Assembly (NCBI GenBank): GCA_963809895.1
Contig: CAWELD010000003.1
Span: forward strand, 3,200,001 to 3,264,000
Origin: an uncultured Gemmatimonadales bacterium
Lineage (GTDB): Bacteria; Gemmatimonadota; Gemmatimonadetes; Longimicrobiales; Gaopeijiaceae
Direction: 5' to 3'
Length of the DNA stretch: 64,000 bases
Numbering within the stretch: the stretch's first letter is position 1; every line of letters begins with the position of its first letter. The notes beneath the pieces are model-generated. The model saw only the letters and a program-made list of their open reading frames with translations, had not been told where the DNA came from and did no database searches. This document shows, in pieces, positions 49,046 to 58,840 of the stretch. A program made the translations under genes and the position numbers.

Positions 49046-49699
49046 ATGACACGGATTCGAGTCGAGAGCTTCACGATCTCCCTCGATGGATACGGGGCTG
49101 GTCCGAACCAGGACCTGGACCATCCACTCGGCGTGGGCGGGACGGAGCTGCACGAGTGGTTCCTGCCGACTCGCACCTTCCGCCGAGCGCACACCGGTGC
49201 CGAGGACGGTACCACGGGACTCGACGACGAGTTTGCTGCCCGGGGCTTCGAGAACATCGGCGCCTGGATCCTGGGCAGGAACATGTTCGGGCCGATCCGC
49301 GGGCCCTGGCCGGACTTGGATTGGAGAGGGTGGTGGGGTGACGATCCGCCCTATCACGTGCCGGTGTTCGTCCTGACCCACTACCCGCGGCCACCGATCG
49401 AGATGCAGGGCGGCACCACGTTCCAGTTCGTCACAGGGGGGATTCACGATGCGCTGGCCCTGGCGCGGGAAGCCGCCGCGGGCATGGACGTGCGCATCGG
49501 TGGCGGGTGCGATGTGATTCGACAGTATCTTCGCGCCGGCCTCATCGATGAGCTGCACATCGCCATCGCGCCGATCCTCCTCGGCAGCGGCGAGCGCCTC
49601 TTCGAGGACCTCGACATGCGGGCCCTGGGCTATCACTGCATCCGCTTCGCAGCGTCGGACAAGGCGACACACATGGTGCTGCGGCGCCAGGCGCCGTGA
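49046..49699 (+). CDS. dihydrofolate reductase-like (RibD C-terminal) protein
   Basis: ISLDGYGAGP, GRNMF and LIDELHIAIAPILLGSG. Confidence 0.88.
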   Translation: MTRIRVESFTISLDGYGAGPNQDLDHPLGVGGTELHEWFLPTRTFRRAHTGAEDGTTGLDDEFAARGFENIGAWILGRNMFGPIRGPWPDLDWRGWWGDDPPYHVPVFVLTHYPRPPIEMQGGTTFQFVTGGIHDALALAREAAAGMDVRIGGGCDVIRQYLRAGLIDELHIAIAPILLGSGERLFEDLDMRALGYHCIRFAASDKATHMVLRRQAP

Positions 49700-49824
49700 T
49701 CGGCGCGAATGAGTCGGAAGACAGCACTGCCCGCGAATTTGCCCGCCCAAGGTCCGCGTAGCAGAATCACTTGGCCAGACCCCGAGGCTCGTCGTTCCTC
49801 TGCCCCCCACTGACGCGCGCTGCC

Positions 49825-50319
49825 ATGACTGTCCTGGACTCGATGGGAACGCTGGCGGAGCTGTCCATCACCGTGGTCGGGTTCACGGGCGTCGTCATCG
49901 CGCTTCGAACCGGATCGAGGGAGCCGTTGCGAGAGGCGGTGATGAGCATGCTGTTCGGCTTTGGGTTCAGTGGAGTCGTGTGGGCGATGCTACCCCAGGT
50001 CCTTCTGGGCGCGGGGATCGACCAGACGCTGGTGTGGCGGGGCCTCAGCGCCGCCTTCGCCGCGACCATGATGTCGTTGGCGGTTCTTCGCCGCAGTCAG
50101 GCCCGTCGGCTCGGCGCATCGTGGAACCAGATCGGCGCGATCGTCCCGATTCTGTCCGCGTGTCAGTTCTGCGTGCTCGGCCTGAACATCTTCCTGGGCT
50201 CCGCATCGCTCTTCCTGACCGCGTTGCTCTCCAACCTCTCCATCGGTGTTCTGCTGTTCTGGCGGCTCATCCAGCCGAGCGACGGGCCGCTTCGCGGCGC
50301 CGGATCGGAATCCCCCTGA
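49825..50319 (+). CDS. hypothetical membrane protein
   Basis: LAELSITVVGFTGVV; five TM segments. Confidence 0.7.
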   Translation: MTVLDSMGTLAELSITVVGFTGVVIALRTGSREPLREAVMSMLFGFGFSGVVWAMLPQVLLGAGIDQTLVWRGLSAAFAATMMSLAVLRRSQARRLGASWNQIGAIVPILSACQFCVLGLNIFLGSASLFLTALLSNLSIGVLLFWRLIQPSDGPLRGAGSESP

Positions 50320-50758
50320 CCGGGCACGCAACGCGAGCCGGAGTTCGAGATGCGGTTGTGCCCTGACCGGCAGCGTATCCGGCAAGCGCAAAGCTCACGA
50401 GTTCACGGGACTGAAGGTGCGGCTCCAGACCTCAGACATCGCGGCAACGGTCTCCTTCTATCGCGACGTGCTGGGGCTCGACGTCGTGGATCAGTGGTCG
50501 GAAGAGGATGATGCCGGGGTCATCTTCGGGCTCGAAGGCGTGGACGGCCGGGCGTTTCTGGAATTCGGGCAAGTGAAATCCCCGGACAACGGTGCCGCGT
50601 CTGTCCAGCTTCGGATCGGAGATATGGCGAGCTTTGTCGCACGGCTGGGCGATGCCTGGGCGATCGACGGACCCCATGAGCGGCCCTGGGGCAGCGTCTA
50701 TAGCTACCTGCGCGACCCGAACGGCGTTCAGGTCATCGTGTACGCGGGGACGGTGTGA
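50246..50758 (+). CDS. VOC/glyoxalase-family protein (true start probably ~50390-50420)
   Basis: FYRDVLGL, RPWG and RDPNG. Confidence 0.75.
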   Translation: MFCCSGGSSSRATGRFAAPDRNPPDRARNASRSSRCGCALTGSVSGKRKAHEFTGLKVRLQTSDIAATVSFYRDVLGLDVVDQWSEEDDAGVIFGLEGVDGRAFLEFGQVKSPDNGAASVQLRIGDMASFVARLGDAWAIDGPHERPWGSVYSYLRDPNGVQVIVYAGTV

Positions 50759-50777
50759 GGCGATGGCTCGCGAGCCC

Positions 50778-50815
50778 ACCCTGGCGCAACCGACGGCAAT
50801 CAGCGTAACCTGCGA
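50778..50815 (+). repeat. orphan central motif of family A sites
   Basis: ACCCTGGCG...CAGCGTAACCTGCGA. Confidence 0.75.
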
Positions 50816-50893
50816 AGGGAAGATATGAACGGGGGATTGGCCCGTAGGTGGTGGGCGACCCAGCCTCCTGACGACGAAGAGGAGAATGAAGAG

Positions 50894-51421
50894 ATGTCGC
50901 GCTTGCTGACCTCCCTGGCCGGTCTGGTATTCGTCTCGGGGTGCGCGAGCGCCCCTGCCCCCCAGCCAGCGCCGGATGCTGCGGACCTGGCGACGTTCGA
51001 GCTTCTGGACGTCTCTCCCGCTCCGGGAGAGGGCATCCAGGAGGGCACGGTGATGAAGGCCCGACTGCACTACGCGGTCCGAGACACCGAGGCCTTCCCC
51101 GGACCGTACACCGTCCAGCTGATGTTCAAGTCGGATGGCAAGTATACGCGCATCGCGACTCCGGAAGAGCGCGAGGCGGGCGGCCTCACGTCGCCTCGAT
51201 TCGATGAGGCCGAGCGTGACGTCGTCGTCGAGTATCCTCTGGACCTGGCGCGGCAGTCCCCGGACGTGGTGCAACCGGTTACGGTCGTGTTCCTCTTCCG
51301 TCAGGCCTTGAACCCGCGTGATGACCCGGCGGTGTACCAAGAAGAGGCCGGAGGATGGCAGGTTCAAGGCACGCTCGGGAAGCTCTGGCGGACGATCGAG
51401 GCGCCGTTCGATGGCGGCTGA
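50894..51421 (+). CDS. hypothetical lipoprotein
   Basis: Lipobox VSGC; GAGGAG RBS. Confidence 0.65.
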   Translation: MSRLLTSLAGLVFVSGCASAPAPQPAPDAADLATFELLDVSPAPGEGIQEGTVMKARLHYAVRDTEAFPGPYTVQLMFKSDGKYTRIATPEEREAGGLTSPRFDEAERDVVVEYPLDLARQSPDVVQPVTVVFLFRQALNPRDDPAVYQEEAGGWQVQGTLGKLWRTIEAPFDGG

Positions 51422-51472
51422 CCTGAGCGGCCACGAGCCGGGGGCCTGGCCTCCGCAAGATTTCGCGGCACT

Positions 51473-51853
51473 GTGGCTCTGATCCCCTGCCCTGGTTGCG
51501 GCGCCGAGATCTCCTCGGCAGCCCCGGCGTGGGTCCTCGTCGCATTCGCTCTCCTCTGGATCGTGCGCAGGATCCGGAAGAAGCCCCGCCAGACACTTCG
51601 ATGGTACGCCGTCCTGGGCGTCGGTGTGCTCGGCTCGATGTCGATTGGTGGATTCGCAGCCGCCGCAGCGACGTACCCGGACGAACTGCTGGGTGGTGCC
51701 TTGATGGCCGGCATCGCCGTGGTGGTCTCGGTGCCGTTCGGCCTCGCATTCGGCCTTGTCTTCGGGACGGCCGCGGCGCTGCTCCTCTACGGCGTACGGG
51801 GTCCGGCGCAGCGGCCTACCGCGGACGGATCCTCATCCCCTCCGGTCGGATGA
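51473..51853 (+). CDS. hypothetical membrane protein with an N-terminal zinc-ribbon remnant
   Basis: MALIPCPGCGAEIS followed by TM segments. Confidence 0.5.
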   Translation: MALIPCPGCGAEISSAAPAWVLVAFALLWIVRRIRKKPRQTLRWYAVLGVGVLGSMSIGGFAAAAATYPDELLGGALMAGIAVVVSVPFGLAFGLVFGTAAALLLYGVRGPAQRPTADGSSSPPVG

Positions 51854-51881
51854 TGGGCAGCTCGGAATGGACGGCGCGCAG

Positions 51882-51920
51882 GACCCTGGCGCGGCAGGCG
51901 ACGCTCAGCGTAACCTGCGA
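51882..51920 (+). repeat. orphan central motif of family A sites
   Basis: GACCCTGGCG...CAGCGTAACCTGCGA. Confidence 0.75.
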
Positions 51921-51989
51921 ACGGAAGACGTGAGCGGGGCTCGGCCCGGAGCCGGTGGGCGACCCATCCTCCTGCCGACGAAGAGGGGA

Positions 51990-53207
51990 ATGAAGCGATG
52001 TCTCGGCCTCGGGCTGCTTGTTATCGCCACAACGGGGGCCAGTGGCTGTGAGAAGCAGGGGGCGCTGCCGCCTCCTGAGCTGGTTCGGATGGACTCGGCG
52101 GGGGTCGAGGTGGTCCGGATCCCCGGTAGCCTCCTGGACTCGCTTCGATTGGCGAGCCTCTCGCCCCCGACGGTCGAGTTCGGTGGCGATCAGCTACCCG
52201 ATTTTCCTCTTTCCAGGATCGAGGGCGGCGTATTCCTGCCTTCCGGAAACGTCAGTCTCGCAGACGGCATCCTGAATCGGGTGGCCATCGTCAGCCCGAA
52301 GGGCGAGTTGCTGAAGACGTTCGGGCGGGTCGGAGAGGGCCCCGGTGAGTTCTCGGGAATCGACGGCCTTCGTCGCGCACCGGACGGCGGCCTCGCCGTA
52401 TGGGACGAAGTGCGGGGCCGGACGTTCCTGTATGACACCACCGGATCGTTCACCGGCATGATTCAGACGCCACCGATGAGGACCGCCCAGCGGATGTTGC
52501 CGTTCAAGGGATTCCTCGAAGACGGGACGCTGCTATTCGAGCGACGAAGCCTTGATCCCAGCGTGCAGAGCCACGAAGAGGGTCGGTATCGACCTGAGTT
52601 CACGGTTGATCAGTTCGGCACGGACGGCGGGCTCGTGGGGGCGATGGCTTCGGTGCCGGGCGCCGAACGAATCGGACAAGTGGACGCTCGAGGCAACTTC
52701 TCCGCAGCACCCGTCGTGCTCTCGGGCTCGGCGCACCTGGCGGTAGGCGGCGGTCGGGGATTCGTCGGAAATGGACGGCGGTTCGTGATCCAGCAGCTCT
52801 CGAGTTCGGGCCTCGTCGGGATCCTCGAGATACAACGTCCACAACGGCCAGCCTCGTCCGCCCGGAAACGGTCCGAGATCCGGAAGATAAGACAGCGCTG
52901 GGCGCAGGTCGTCGCATCCGGTCCAGGGTCGGCAGAGGTCTCCGTCTTCGTCGCTTCTGACTCGCTGCCCTTCTTCGATCGACTCGAAGCCGATCAGGAC
53001 GGCCGACTCTGGGTGCGTGAGGTTCCTGCCGATGACGAGGAATGCTGCAACTGGATGGTGTTCGACTCCACCGGCGTGCCGACCTTTCAAGTCCGGATAC
53101 CTGAGGCCTTCACGTTTCTCGATGCCCAGGACAGCCTGGTGCTGGGATTCATGCAGGACAGGTTCGATGTGCCCACCCTCACCGTGCAGAAGCTCTTGTT
53201 CAGGTGA
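51990..53207 (+). CDS. 6-bladed beta-propeller lipoprotein
   Basis: Lipobox ASGC; DSAGVEVV, FGRVGEGPGEF and GRLWVR. Confidence 0.8.
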   Translation: MKRCLGLGLLVIATTGASGCEKQGALPPPELVRMDSAGVEVVRIPGSLLDSLRLASLSPPTVEFGGDQLPDFPLSRIEGGVFLPSGNVSLADGILNRVAIVSPKGELLKTFGRVGEGPGEFSGIDGLRRAPDGGLAVWDEVRGRTFLYDTTGSFTGMIQTPPMRTAQRMLPFKGFLEDGTLLFERRSLDPSVQSHEEGRYRPEFTVDQFGTDGGLVGAMASVPGAERIGQVDARGNFSAAPVVLSGSAHLAVGGGRGFVGNGRRFVIQQLSSSGLVGILEIQRPQRPASSARKRSEIRKIRQRWAQVVASGPGSAEVSVFVASDSLPFFDRLEADQDGRLWVREVPADDEECCNWMVFDSTGVPTFQVRIPEAFTFLDAQDSLVLGFMQDRFDVPTLTVQKLLFR

Positions 53208-53234
53208 TCGCCCCGTAGCCGGAGAACCCGATCC

Positions 53235-54341
53235 ATGACAGACGCGCTTCGACCGCAACGGCGGTTCACCACCTGGCTCCTCCTTGCCCTCGTCTTGCTC
53301 GTCGCCTCTTCCTGCAGCGACTCCGGCGGCTCAGACGCCGATCCCGATAGTCTCGGATATCGTGAGGTGATCCGGCTCGGAGTCCGGGAGGGCCCAGGCG
53401 AGTTGGGCGGCATGCCCATGGACCTGCTCGCATCGAGCGACGGCCGACTCACGCTGCTGTCGTCCTTTTCGGGTGGGGATGGGCTGCCCATGCGCTTCGA
53501 TCCCCAAGGTCAGTTCGTCGAGAAGATCGGTGCTCTCGGCCAGGGACCGGGGGAATTCCTGGCGGCCCTCGCGGGCTTCTTCACACCGGAAGACAGCCTC
53601 GTCATCCACGACCTCCGCCAGCGTCGACTAACCGTGCTCTCCCCGACCGGGGAGGCCGGGCGTTCCATCTCGTTCGGAGGAGGTCAGGTAGCCAAGCTGA
53701 TCCCGATCGCGTGGCCCGACACTGTGTTGGCCGTCCTGGGGCCATTCGGACGCGAGGGCCGATCGTTCCATCTGGTCTCCCTCTCGGGGTCCGACGCGGA
53801 GACGCTGCGGGAGTTCGGCGAGCCCTGGCCAACGGAGCCCCAGGCCATCAACCGCTTCCGTCGCTTCGCCAGCCAACCGCTCGATGGCAGGCTCTGGACC
53901 GCAGCGAACTATAGCTACCGACTCACGGAATGGAGCACCCGGGGCGACAGCCTGACGACGCTGGCTCTCAGCTCGAAATGGTTCGAACAGCCCGGTATGG
54001 GTTTCGCGCCCGACTCCATCCCCGAGACCCGGATCGTGGCAGTCCAGCAGTTGAAGGGGGATACCCTCGCCGTCGGGCTGAGCGTGGCTCGCGAAGGATG
54101 GCAGAAAGCCTGGGACGGGATCGATGTCTCCCACGGCGAATTCCGAGGACCGGAGCTCTCCGGGCTGTACGAGGGCCTGATCGAACTTCGCAACGCACGC
54201 ACCGGCGAGCTGCTGGGATCCCAGAGACTCCGCGGCGTCATCTTCGCGATCCTGCCGGATGGCCGCGTCGCCACGCACTACACCGAAGGCCCGGGCTTCC
54301 CGTTCGTGACCGTGTACGCGCGGAGCGGCGCGGCACCGTAG
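53235..54341 (+). CDS. 6-bladed beta-propeller lipoprotein
   Basis: Lipobox SSC; IGALGQGPGEF. Confidence 0.75.
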   Translation: MTDALRPQRRFTTWLLLALVLLVASSCSDSGGSDADPDSLGYREVIRLGVREGPGELGGMPMDLLASSDGRLTLLSSFSGGDGLPMRFDPQGQFVEKIGALGQGPGEFLAALAGFFTPEDSLVIHDLRQRRLTVLSPTGEAGRSISFGGGQVAKLIPIAWPDTVLAVLGPFGREGRSFHLVSLSGSDAETLREFGEPWPTEPQAINRFRRFASQPLDGRLWTAANYSYRLTEWSTRGDSLTTLALSSKWFEQPGMGFAPDSIPETRIVAVQQLKGDTLAVGLSVAREGWQKAWDGIDVSHGEFRGPELSGLYEGLIELRNARTGELLGSQRLRGVIFAILPDGRVATHYTEGPGFPFVTVYARSGAAP

Positions 54342-54352
54342 GCCTGGTTCTG

Positions 54353-54398
54353 TTGACAGGAGGACGTCCGCGGAGCATTGTGAGTCACAATGTGACTC
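54353..54398 (+). promoter_or_regulatory. sigma70-like promoter with overlapping palindromic operator
   Basis: TTGACA (54353)-17 bp-CATTGT; palindromes ATTGTGA-G-TCACAAT and GAGTCACA-A-TGTGACTC. Confidence 0.65.
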
Positions 54399-54413
54399 TT
54401 TACGGGTTTCCTC

Positions 54414-54746
54414 ATGTCCAGTTCTCTCGCTGAGTTCGAGTTCCTCGTCATGCTCGCCACGCTCAGGTTGGGCCCCGACGAGGCCTACACGGTGTCCATC
54501 GCCGCGGACATCGCCGAGCGGACAGGTCGATCCGTGCGGCGGGCGAACGTATTCACCACGCTTCAGCGCCTGGAGTCGAAGGGTCTCGTCTCTACGCGCC
54601 TGAGTGAGCCGCGCGATGAACGGGGCGGCCGACCACGCCGTTTGGTGACGGTGGAGCCCGACGGGCTCGCCGCATTGCGCGCAACCACCGGCGCGATCCG
54701 CTCGATGATCGGCAATCTGGGAGACACCGTCGGGGGCGTGGGATGA
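54414..54746 (+). CDS. PadR-family transcriptional regulator
   Basis: LAEFEFLVML, TTLQRLESKGLV and ERGGRPRR. Confidence 0.88.
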   Translation: MSSSLAEFEFLVMLATLRLGPDEAYTVSIAADIAERTGRSVRRANVFTTLQRLESKGLVSTRLSEPRDERGGRPRRLVTVEPDGLAALRATTGAIRSMIGNLGDTVGGVG

Positions 54747-57442
54747 GCCTCCCTCGCCTGGCCGCGTTCGTGGTGAGGCGCCTGGCCCAGCCCGGCCGGG
54801 TGAAGGAACTCCTGGGTGACCTGGAGGAAGTGCACCGGGAGCGACTGCTGCGACGGAGCCGGGCCATCGCGACGCTGCTCACCGTGCTCGAGGCGGTGGA
54901 GTGCGCCGCCGCCTCGGGGCTCATGCGGCTTGGCACCTCATGGGCTCCCCCCGTCTCCTGGATCGACTTCAAGCTCGGCGCTCGCATGCTCGTGAAGTAC
55001 CCGGGGCTCACGCTGGTAGGCGGAGCCGCCATGGCTTTCGGAATCTTCGCCGGAGCGGCCTGCTACGAGGGCTACTCCCAGGTGCTCCACCCCCGTCTCC
55101 CCTTCGACGAGGGCGAGCGCGTCGTCATGGTCGACCTCCTGGACGACCGCACCCAGGCCCGGGAGCTCCGGGTTCTGCACGACTTCGCCCAGTGGCGAAC
55201 CGATCTTTCCACGGTCGAGCAACTCGGGGCGGCGAACTCACTCGCTCCGTATCTCGTCACCGATAACGGCCGTGGCCAACCCGTCCGCGCCGCGGCCATG
55301 ACAGGCTCCGCGTTCCAGATGACCCGCGTACCTCCCCTGATGGGTCGAACCCTGGACGCCGCCGACGAGTCACCGGCCGCGCCCGACGTGCTCGTCCTCG
55401 GCTACGACGTCTGGCAGAGCCGCTTCGGCGGTGACCTCGACGTGCTCGGCCGGAAGGTTGTCGTCGGCGACACCGAGTACGCGATCGTCGGCGTCATGCC
55501 GCAGGGGTTCGGCTTCCCGGCGAGAGAGCAGGCGTGGTTCCCTCTGCGATTCGATCCGTCCGTCGAGACCCTCCAGGGACCGGCGACCCTCGTCTTCGGT
55601 CGCTTGGCCCCCGGCGTCTCCTTCGACCAGGCGCAGGCGGAAGTGAATCGCTACATCGCTCAGGCTGCGGCAGAGCGACCCGCGGAGTACGCGCATCTCC
55701 ACGCGCGGGTGATGCCCTACGCGGAGGCCATGCTGGACATCCGCGAGCGCGCGGACCGGCTCGGGGTCATGTCCGTCAACGTGTTCGCGGGCCTCTTCCT
55801 CATGTTGGTCTGCGGCAACGTCGCACTCCTGATGTTCGCCCGCGCCGCGGCCCGGGAGGGCGAGCTCGTCGTGCGTAACGCCCTGGGTGCGACTCGGCGC
55901 CGCATCGTCTCCCAGCTCTTCGCCGAGGCGCTGGTGCTGGGCTTGGTCGCCGCCTTCGTGGGCGTGGCGGCAGCGGGCTGGGGCCTCGATCGGTTCGCGA
56001 ACGCCTTCCAGAGCACGGTACCCCTGATGTTCTGGTACCACACCTCGCTGTCACCTCGGACCTACGTATACGCCGCCCTGCTGACGCTGTTCGCGGCGGC
56101 CATCGCTGGCGTGGTGCCAGGACTCAAGGTCACGTCGGGAAAGGTCGATTCACGCCTCCGGCGTCTCACCGCCGGCGGCGGCGGACTCCGGTTCGGAGGG
56201 CTCTGGACGGCGGTGATCGTCGTGCAGATCGCGGCGACGGTGACATTCCCGGTCGTGGGCTACTTCGTGCGTCGCGACGCCGTGAACATCGAAAGCTACG
56301 AGTTCGGCGTGCCTACCGAGGAGTATGTTTCGGCACGACTGCACCTGAATCCCGCCATGTCTGGAGAGATTGGCGAGGATGCCGACACTCTTCCGTTCAC
56401 CACTCGCTTCGGGAGCGCGGCACGAGGTCTCATGCAGCGCCTGGAAGCCGAGCCGGAGGTCGCCGGCGTCACCATGAGCCGTACCGAGCCCGGGACGTAC
56501 CACGCGTGGCGCCGTATCGAGATGGACGCGGGATACCAGACGCCCCGCACGGAGTTGGACGAGAAGGGCCCGGGCCGGTGGGTGGCTGGCGGCGTGGTGG
56601 CGCCGAACTTCTTCGACGTGATGGGAACCGAGCCGCTGCAGGGGCGCACGTTCCATGCTGACGACGCGGACCCCGAGGCGCGCACCGTGATCGTCAACCA
56701 ACCGTTCGTGGACGTGGTCCTGGGCGGAAGGAACCCCATCGGGCGCCGGCTGCGCTACGTGGCCTCGCCCGACGGCTGGGATGGTGTGGAGCGAGCCGGC
56801 AGCGAGCCCGGCCCGTGGTACCGCATCGTCGGTGTCGTGCCAGAGCTGGGAATGAGGAACGGGGCCAACGTCGGAATCTACCATGCCCGAGAGCCGGAGT
56901 CCCTGTGGACGCCGACGCTTCTCGTGCACGTGAACGGCGATGCCCGCGCGTTCACGGGTCGTCTCATCGCGATCGCCGGCGAGGTGGAGCCGGATCTGGC
57001 CCTCCTGGCGCCTCGCACGCTGGATATGGTGAAGGAGAACGATCTCCGGCTCTATTCCTACTGGCTCTGGCTCATCGCGGGCGTCAGTGGCCTGGCGGTC
57101 CTTCTCTCCTTGGCCGGGATCTACTCGGTGATGGCGTTCACCGTAGCCCGCCGCACGCGAGAAATCGGTGTGCGCGTGGCGCTGGGCGGAAGGTCCGCTC
57201 GCATTGCCGGAGCCATCTTCAGAAAGCCGCTACTACAGGTGGCGTGGGGGATCCTCCTGGGCCTCCTGATCTCGACGTACCTGGGGTGGGGCATCGACGC
57301 CGAGGGACTTTGGGGCAAGCCCCTGCTGGTGCTATTGGGCTATGGCACGGTCATGACGGGAGTATGTTTGTTGGCCTGCTTGCTCCCACTGCGGCGCGCC
57401 CTGAGCGTGGAGCCGAGCCAGGCACTGGCTGCGGATGGGTAG
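54743..57442 (+). CDS. duplicated MacB/FtsX-type ABC permease (ADOP-like)
   Basis: IVGVMPQGF.FP, CGNVALL..AR...RE.E..VR.ALGA and RRTREIGVRVALG. Confidence 0.9.
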   Translation: MSLPRLAAFVVRRLAQPGRVKELLGDLEEVHRERLLRRSRAIATLLTVLEAVECAAASGLMRLGTSWAPPVSWIDFKLGARMLVKYPGLTLVGGAAMAFGIFAGAACYEGYSQVLHPRLPFDEGERVVMVDLLDDRTQARELRVLHDFAQWRTDLSTVEQLGAANSLAPYLVTDNGRGQPVRAAAMTGSAFQMTRVPPLMGRTLDAADESPAAPDVLVLGYDVWQSRFGGDLDVLGRKVVVGDTEYAIVGVMPQGFGFPAREQAWFPLRFDPSVETLQGPATLVFGRLAPGVSFDQAQAEVNRYIAQAAAERPAEYAHLHARVMPYAEAMLDIRERADRLGVMSVNVFAGLFLMLVCGNVALLMFARAAAREGELVVRNALGATRRRIVSQLFAEALVLGLVAAFVGVAAAGWGLDRFANAFQSTVPLMFWYHTSLSPRTYVYAALLTLFAAAIAGVVPGLKVTSGKVDSRLRRLTAGGGGLRFGGLWTAVIVVQIAATVTFPVVGYFVRRDAVNIESYEFGVPTEEYVSARLHLNPAMSGEIGEDADTLPFTTRFGSAARGLMQRLEAEPEVAGVTMSRTEPGTYHAWRRIEMDAGYQTPRTELDEKGPGRWVAGGVVAPNFFDVMGTEPLQGRTFHADDADPEARTVIVNQPFVDVVLGGRNPIGRRLRYVASPDGWDGVERAGSEPGPWYRIVGVVPELGMRNGANVGIYHAREPESLWTPTLLVHVNGDARAFTGRLIAIAGEVEPDLALLAPRTLDMVKENDLRLYSYWLWLIAGVSGLAVLLSLAGIYSVMAFTVARRTREIGVRVALGGRSARIAGAIFRKPLLQVAWGILLGLLISTYLGWGIDAEGLWGKPLLVLLGYGTVMTGVCLLACLLPLRRALSVEPSQALAADG

Positions 57443-57662
57443 TCGAGACCGCATTTTTGCAGCCGGGCGACGCTTCGGGCTGGGTGCGGTCGGTTCCGAT
57501 CAGCTCTAGATTCGGTCCATGAGCTCTCGCCCTCTGGATACGTCGCCCGCCGCATGGGCCAAGTACCGCTCCGTCCTCGATCAAATGGACGGCGCGGCGC
57601 GCGTTCAGGCCGCAATCGACTCCAGCCACCACGGGGGGTAGCACCGGAGAATGGAGCCTGGA

Positions 57663-58265
57663 ATGGGACGTATCGTCGTGATGAACCACGTGACCCTCGA
57701 CGGCGTGATGCAGGCGCCGGGCCGGGTTGACGAAGATACCCGAGGCGGATTCGCGCACGGTGGCTGGGGCAGCCGCTCCGCATCGCCTGACGACGCTGCG
57801 GCCAGGGCGATGGGTGAGCGGATGGCCGCCGGTGGCGGCTTGAAGGGGTGGCTGTTCGGACGGCGCACCTACGAGGACCTGCTCGCGACCTGGAACGCCC
57901 GCGGAGGCCCGTTCAAGGACGGGCTCAACAACACACCGAAGTATGTGGCCTCGACCACCCTGAGCGAACCGCTTCCCTGGCCCAACTCGACCCTCCTGCG
58001 CGGTGACGTCGCCGAGGCTGTAGGCGCCCTCAAGACCCAGGTCGAAGGCGTGTTGGCGATCATGGGCAGCGGCGAACTGACCAACGCCCTGATGCGTGCC
58101 GACCTGATAGACGAGTACCTGCTGTTCATTCACCCGCTCGTGCTGGGCACTGGACGGCGGTTGTTCGCCGAGGGCACGCCTCCGCGCACGCTTCAGCTCG
58201 TCGGCTCGACCACATCCACCACCGGCATTGTCGTCGCCACATACGAACCGGCCATTACCCCATGA
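57663..58265 (+). CDS. dihydrofolate reductase-like (RibD C-terminal) protein
   Basis: TLDGVMQAPG, FGRRTYE and LIDEYLLFIHPLVLGTG. Confidence 0.88.
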   Translation: MGRIVVMNHVTLDGVMQAPGRVDEDTRGGFAHGGWGSRSASPDDAAARAMGERMAAGGGLKGWLFGRRTYEDLLATWNARGGPFKDGLNNTPKYVASTTLSEPLPWPNSTLLRGDVAEAVGALKTQVEGVLAIMGSGELTNALMRADLIDEYLLFIHPLVLGTGRRLFAEGTPPRTLQLVGSTTSTTGIVVATYEPAITP

Positions 58266-58744
58266 CGAATCCAGCCCCCGACACGGCGATCCTCCGCTGC
58301 CCATCGTGTGGGCGGGACACGGAAGAGGTTATGCCGCGGAACGCCTGTCGGTTCTTCTGGACGTGTCCCCATTGCGACACGCGTCACCGGCCCGAGCCCG
58401 GCGACTGCTGCGTCTTCTGCTCCTACGGCAGCCGGCCGTGCCCACCCGTGGAGAACAACATGCCTGCAGACTGTAAGGACCCGGCCGTACTGAAGGCGCT
58501 ACAACGGATTCCCGGCGTCGGACGACAGGTCAGCGTCGACCTCTGGAATCTGGGGATGCGCGAAGTCGGCGACCTTCGAGAGAGGGATCCCGAAGAGCTG
58601 TACGCGCGCTTGTGCCAGATCCAGGGCCAGCACGTCGACCGCTGCATGCTCTACACCCTGCGATGCGCCGTCTACTTCGCATCCACGGAGGATCCGGATC
58701 CCGAGCTCCTGAAGTGGTGGAACTGGAAGGACTCCGACGCATAA
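58262..58744 (+). CDS. GDCCVxC-domain protein fused to a helix-hairpin-helix (Cdd1/pathogenicity-locus-like) domain
   Basis: CPSCG...GDCCVFCSYG..PCPP, then LQRIPGVG...DPEELY...DRCMLY..RCAVY...WWNWKD. Confidence 0.8.
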   Translation: MTNPAPDTAILRCPSCGRDTEEVMPRNACRFFWTCPHCDTRHRPEPGDCCVFCSYGSRPCPPVENNMPADCKDPAVLKALQRIPGVGRQVSVDLWNLGMREVGDLRERDPEELYARLCQIQGQHVDRCMLYTLRCAVYFASTEDPDPELLKWWNWKDSDA

Positions 58745-58840
58745 CGCGGGACGGCGACGTTGCAGGCGTGAGCGCGCGGGGAGCACATTCGGTCCGGGGT
58801 GGCGGCGATACGACTGGACCGTCCTGACAGGAGTCGTTGC

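Noticed and set aside
46976..58265. Trimethoprim-resistance dfr cassettes
   Set aside because: The three proteins look like RibD C-terminal/DHFR-like family members, not DfrA or DfrB.
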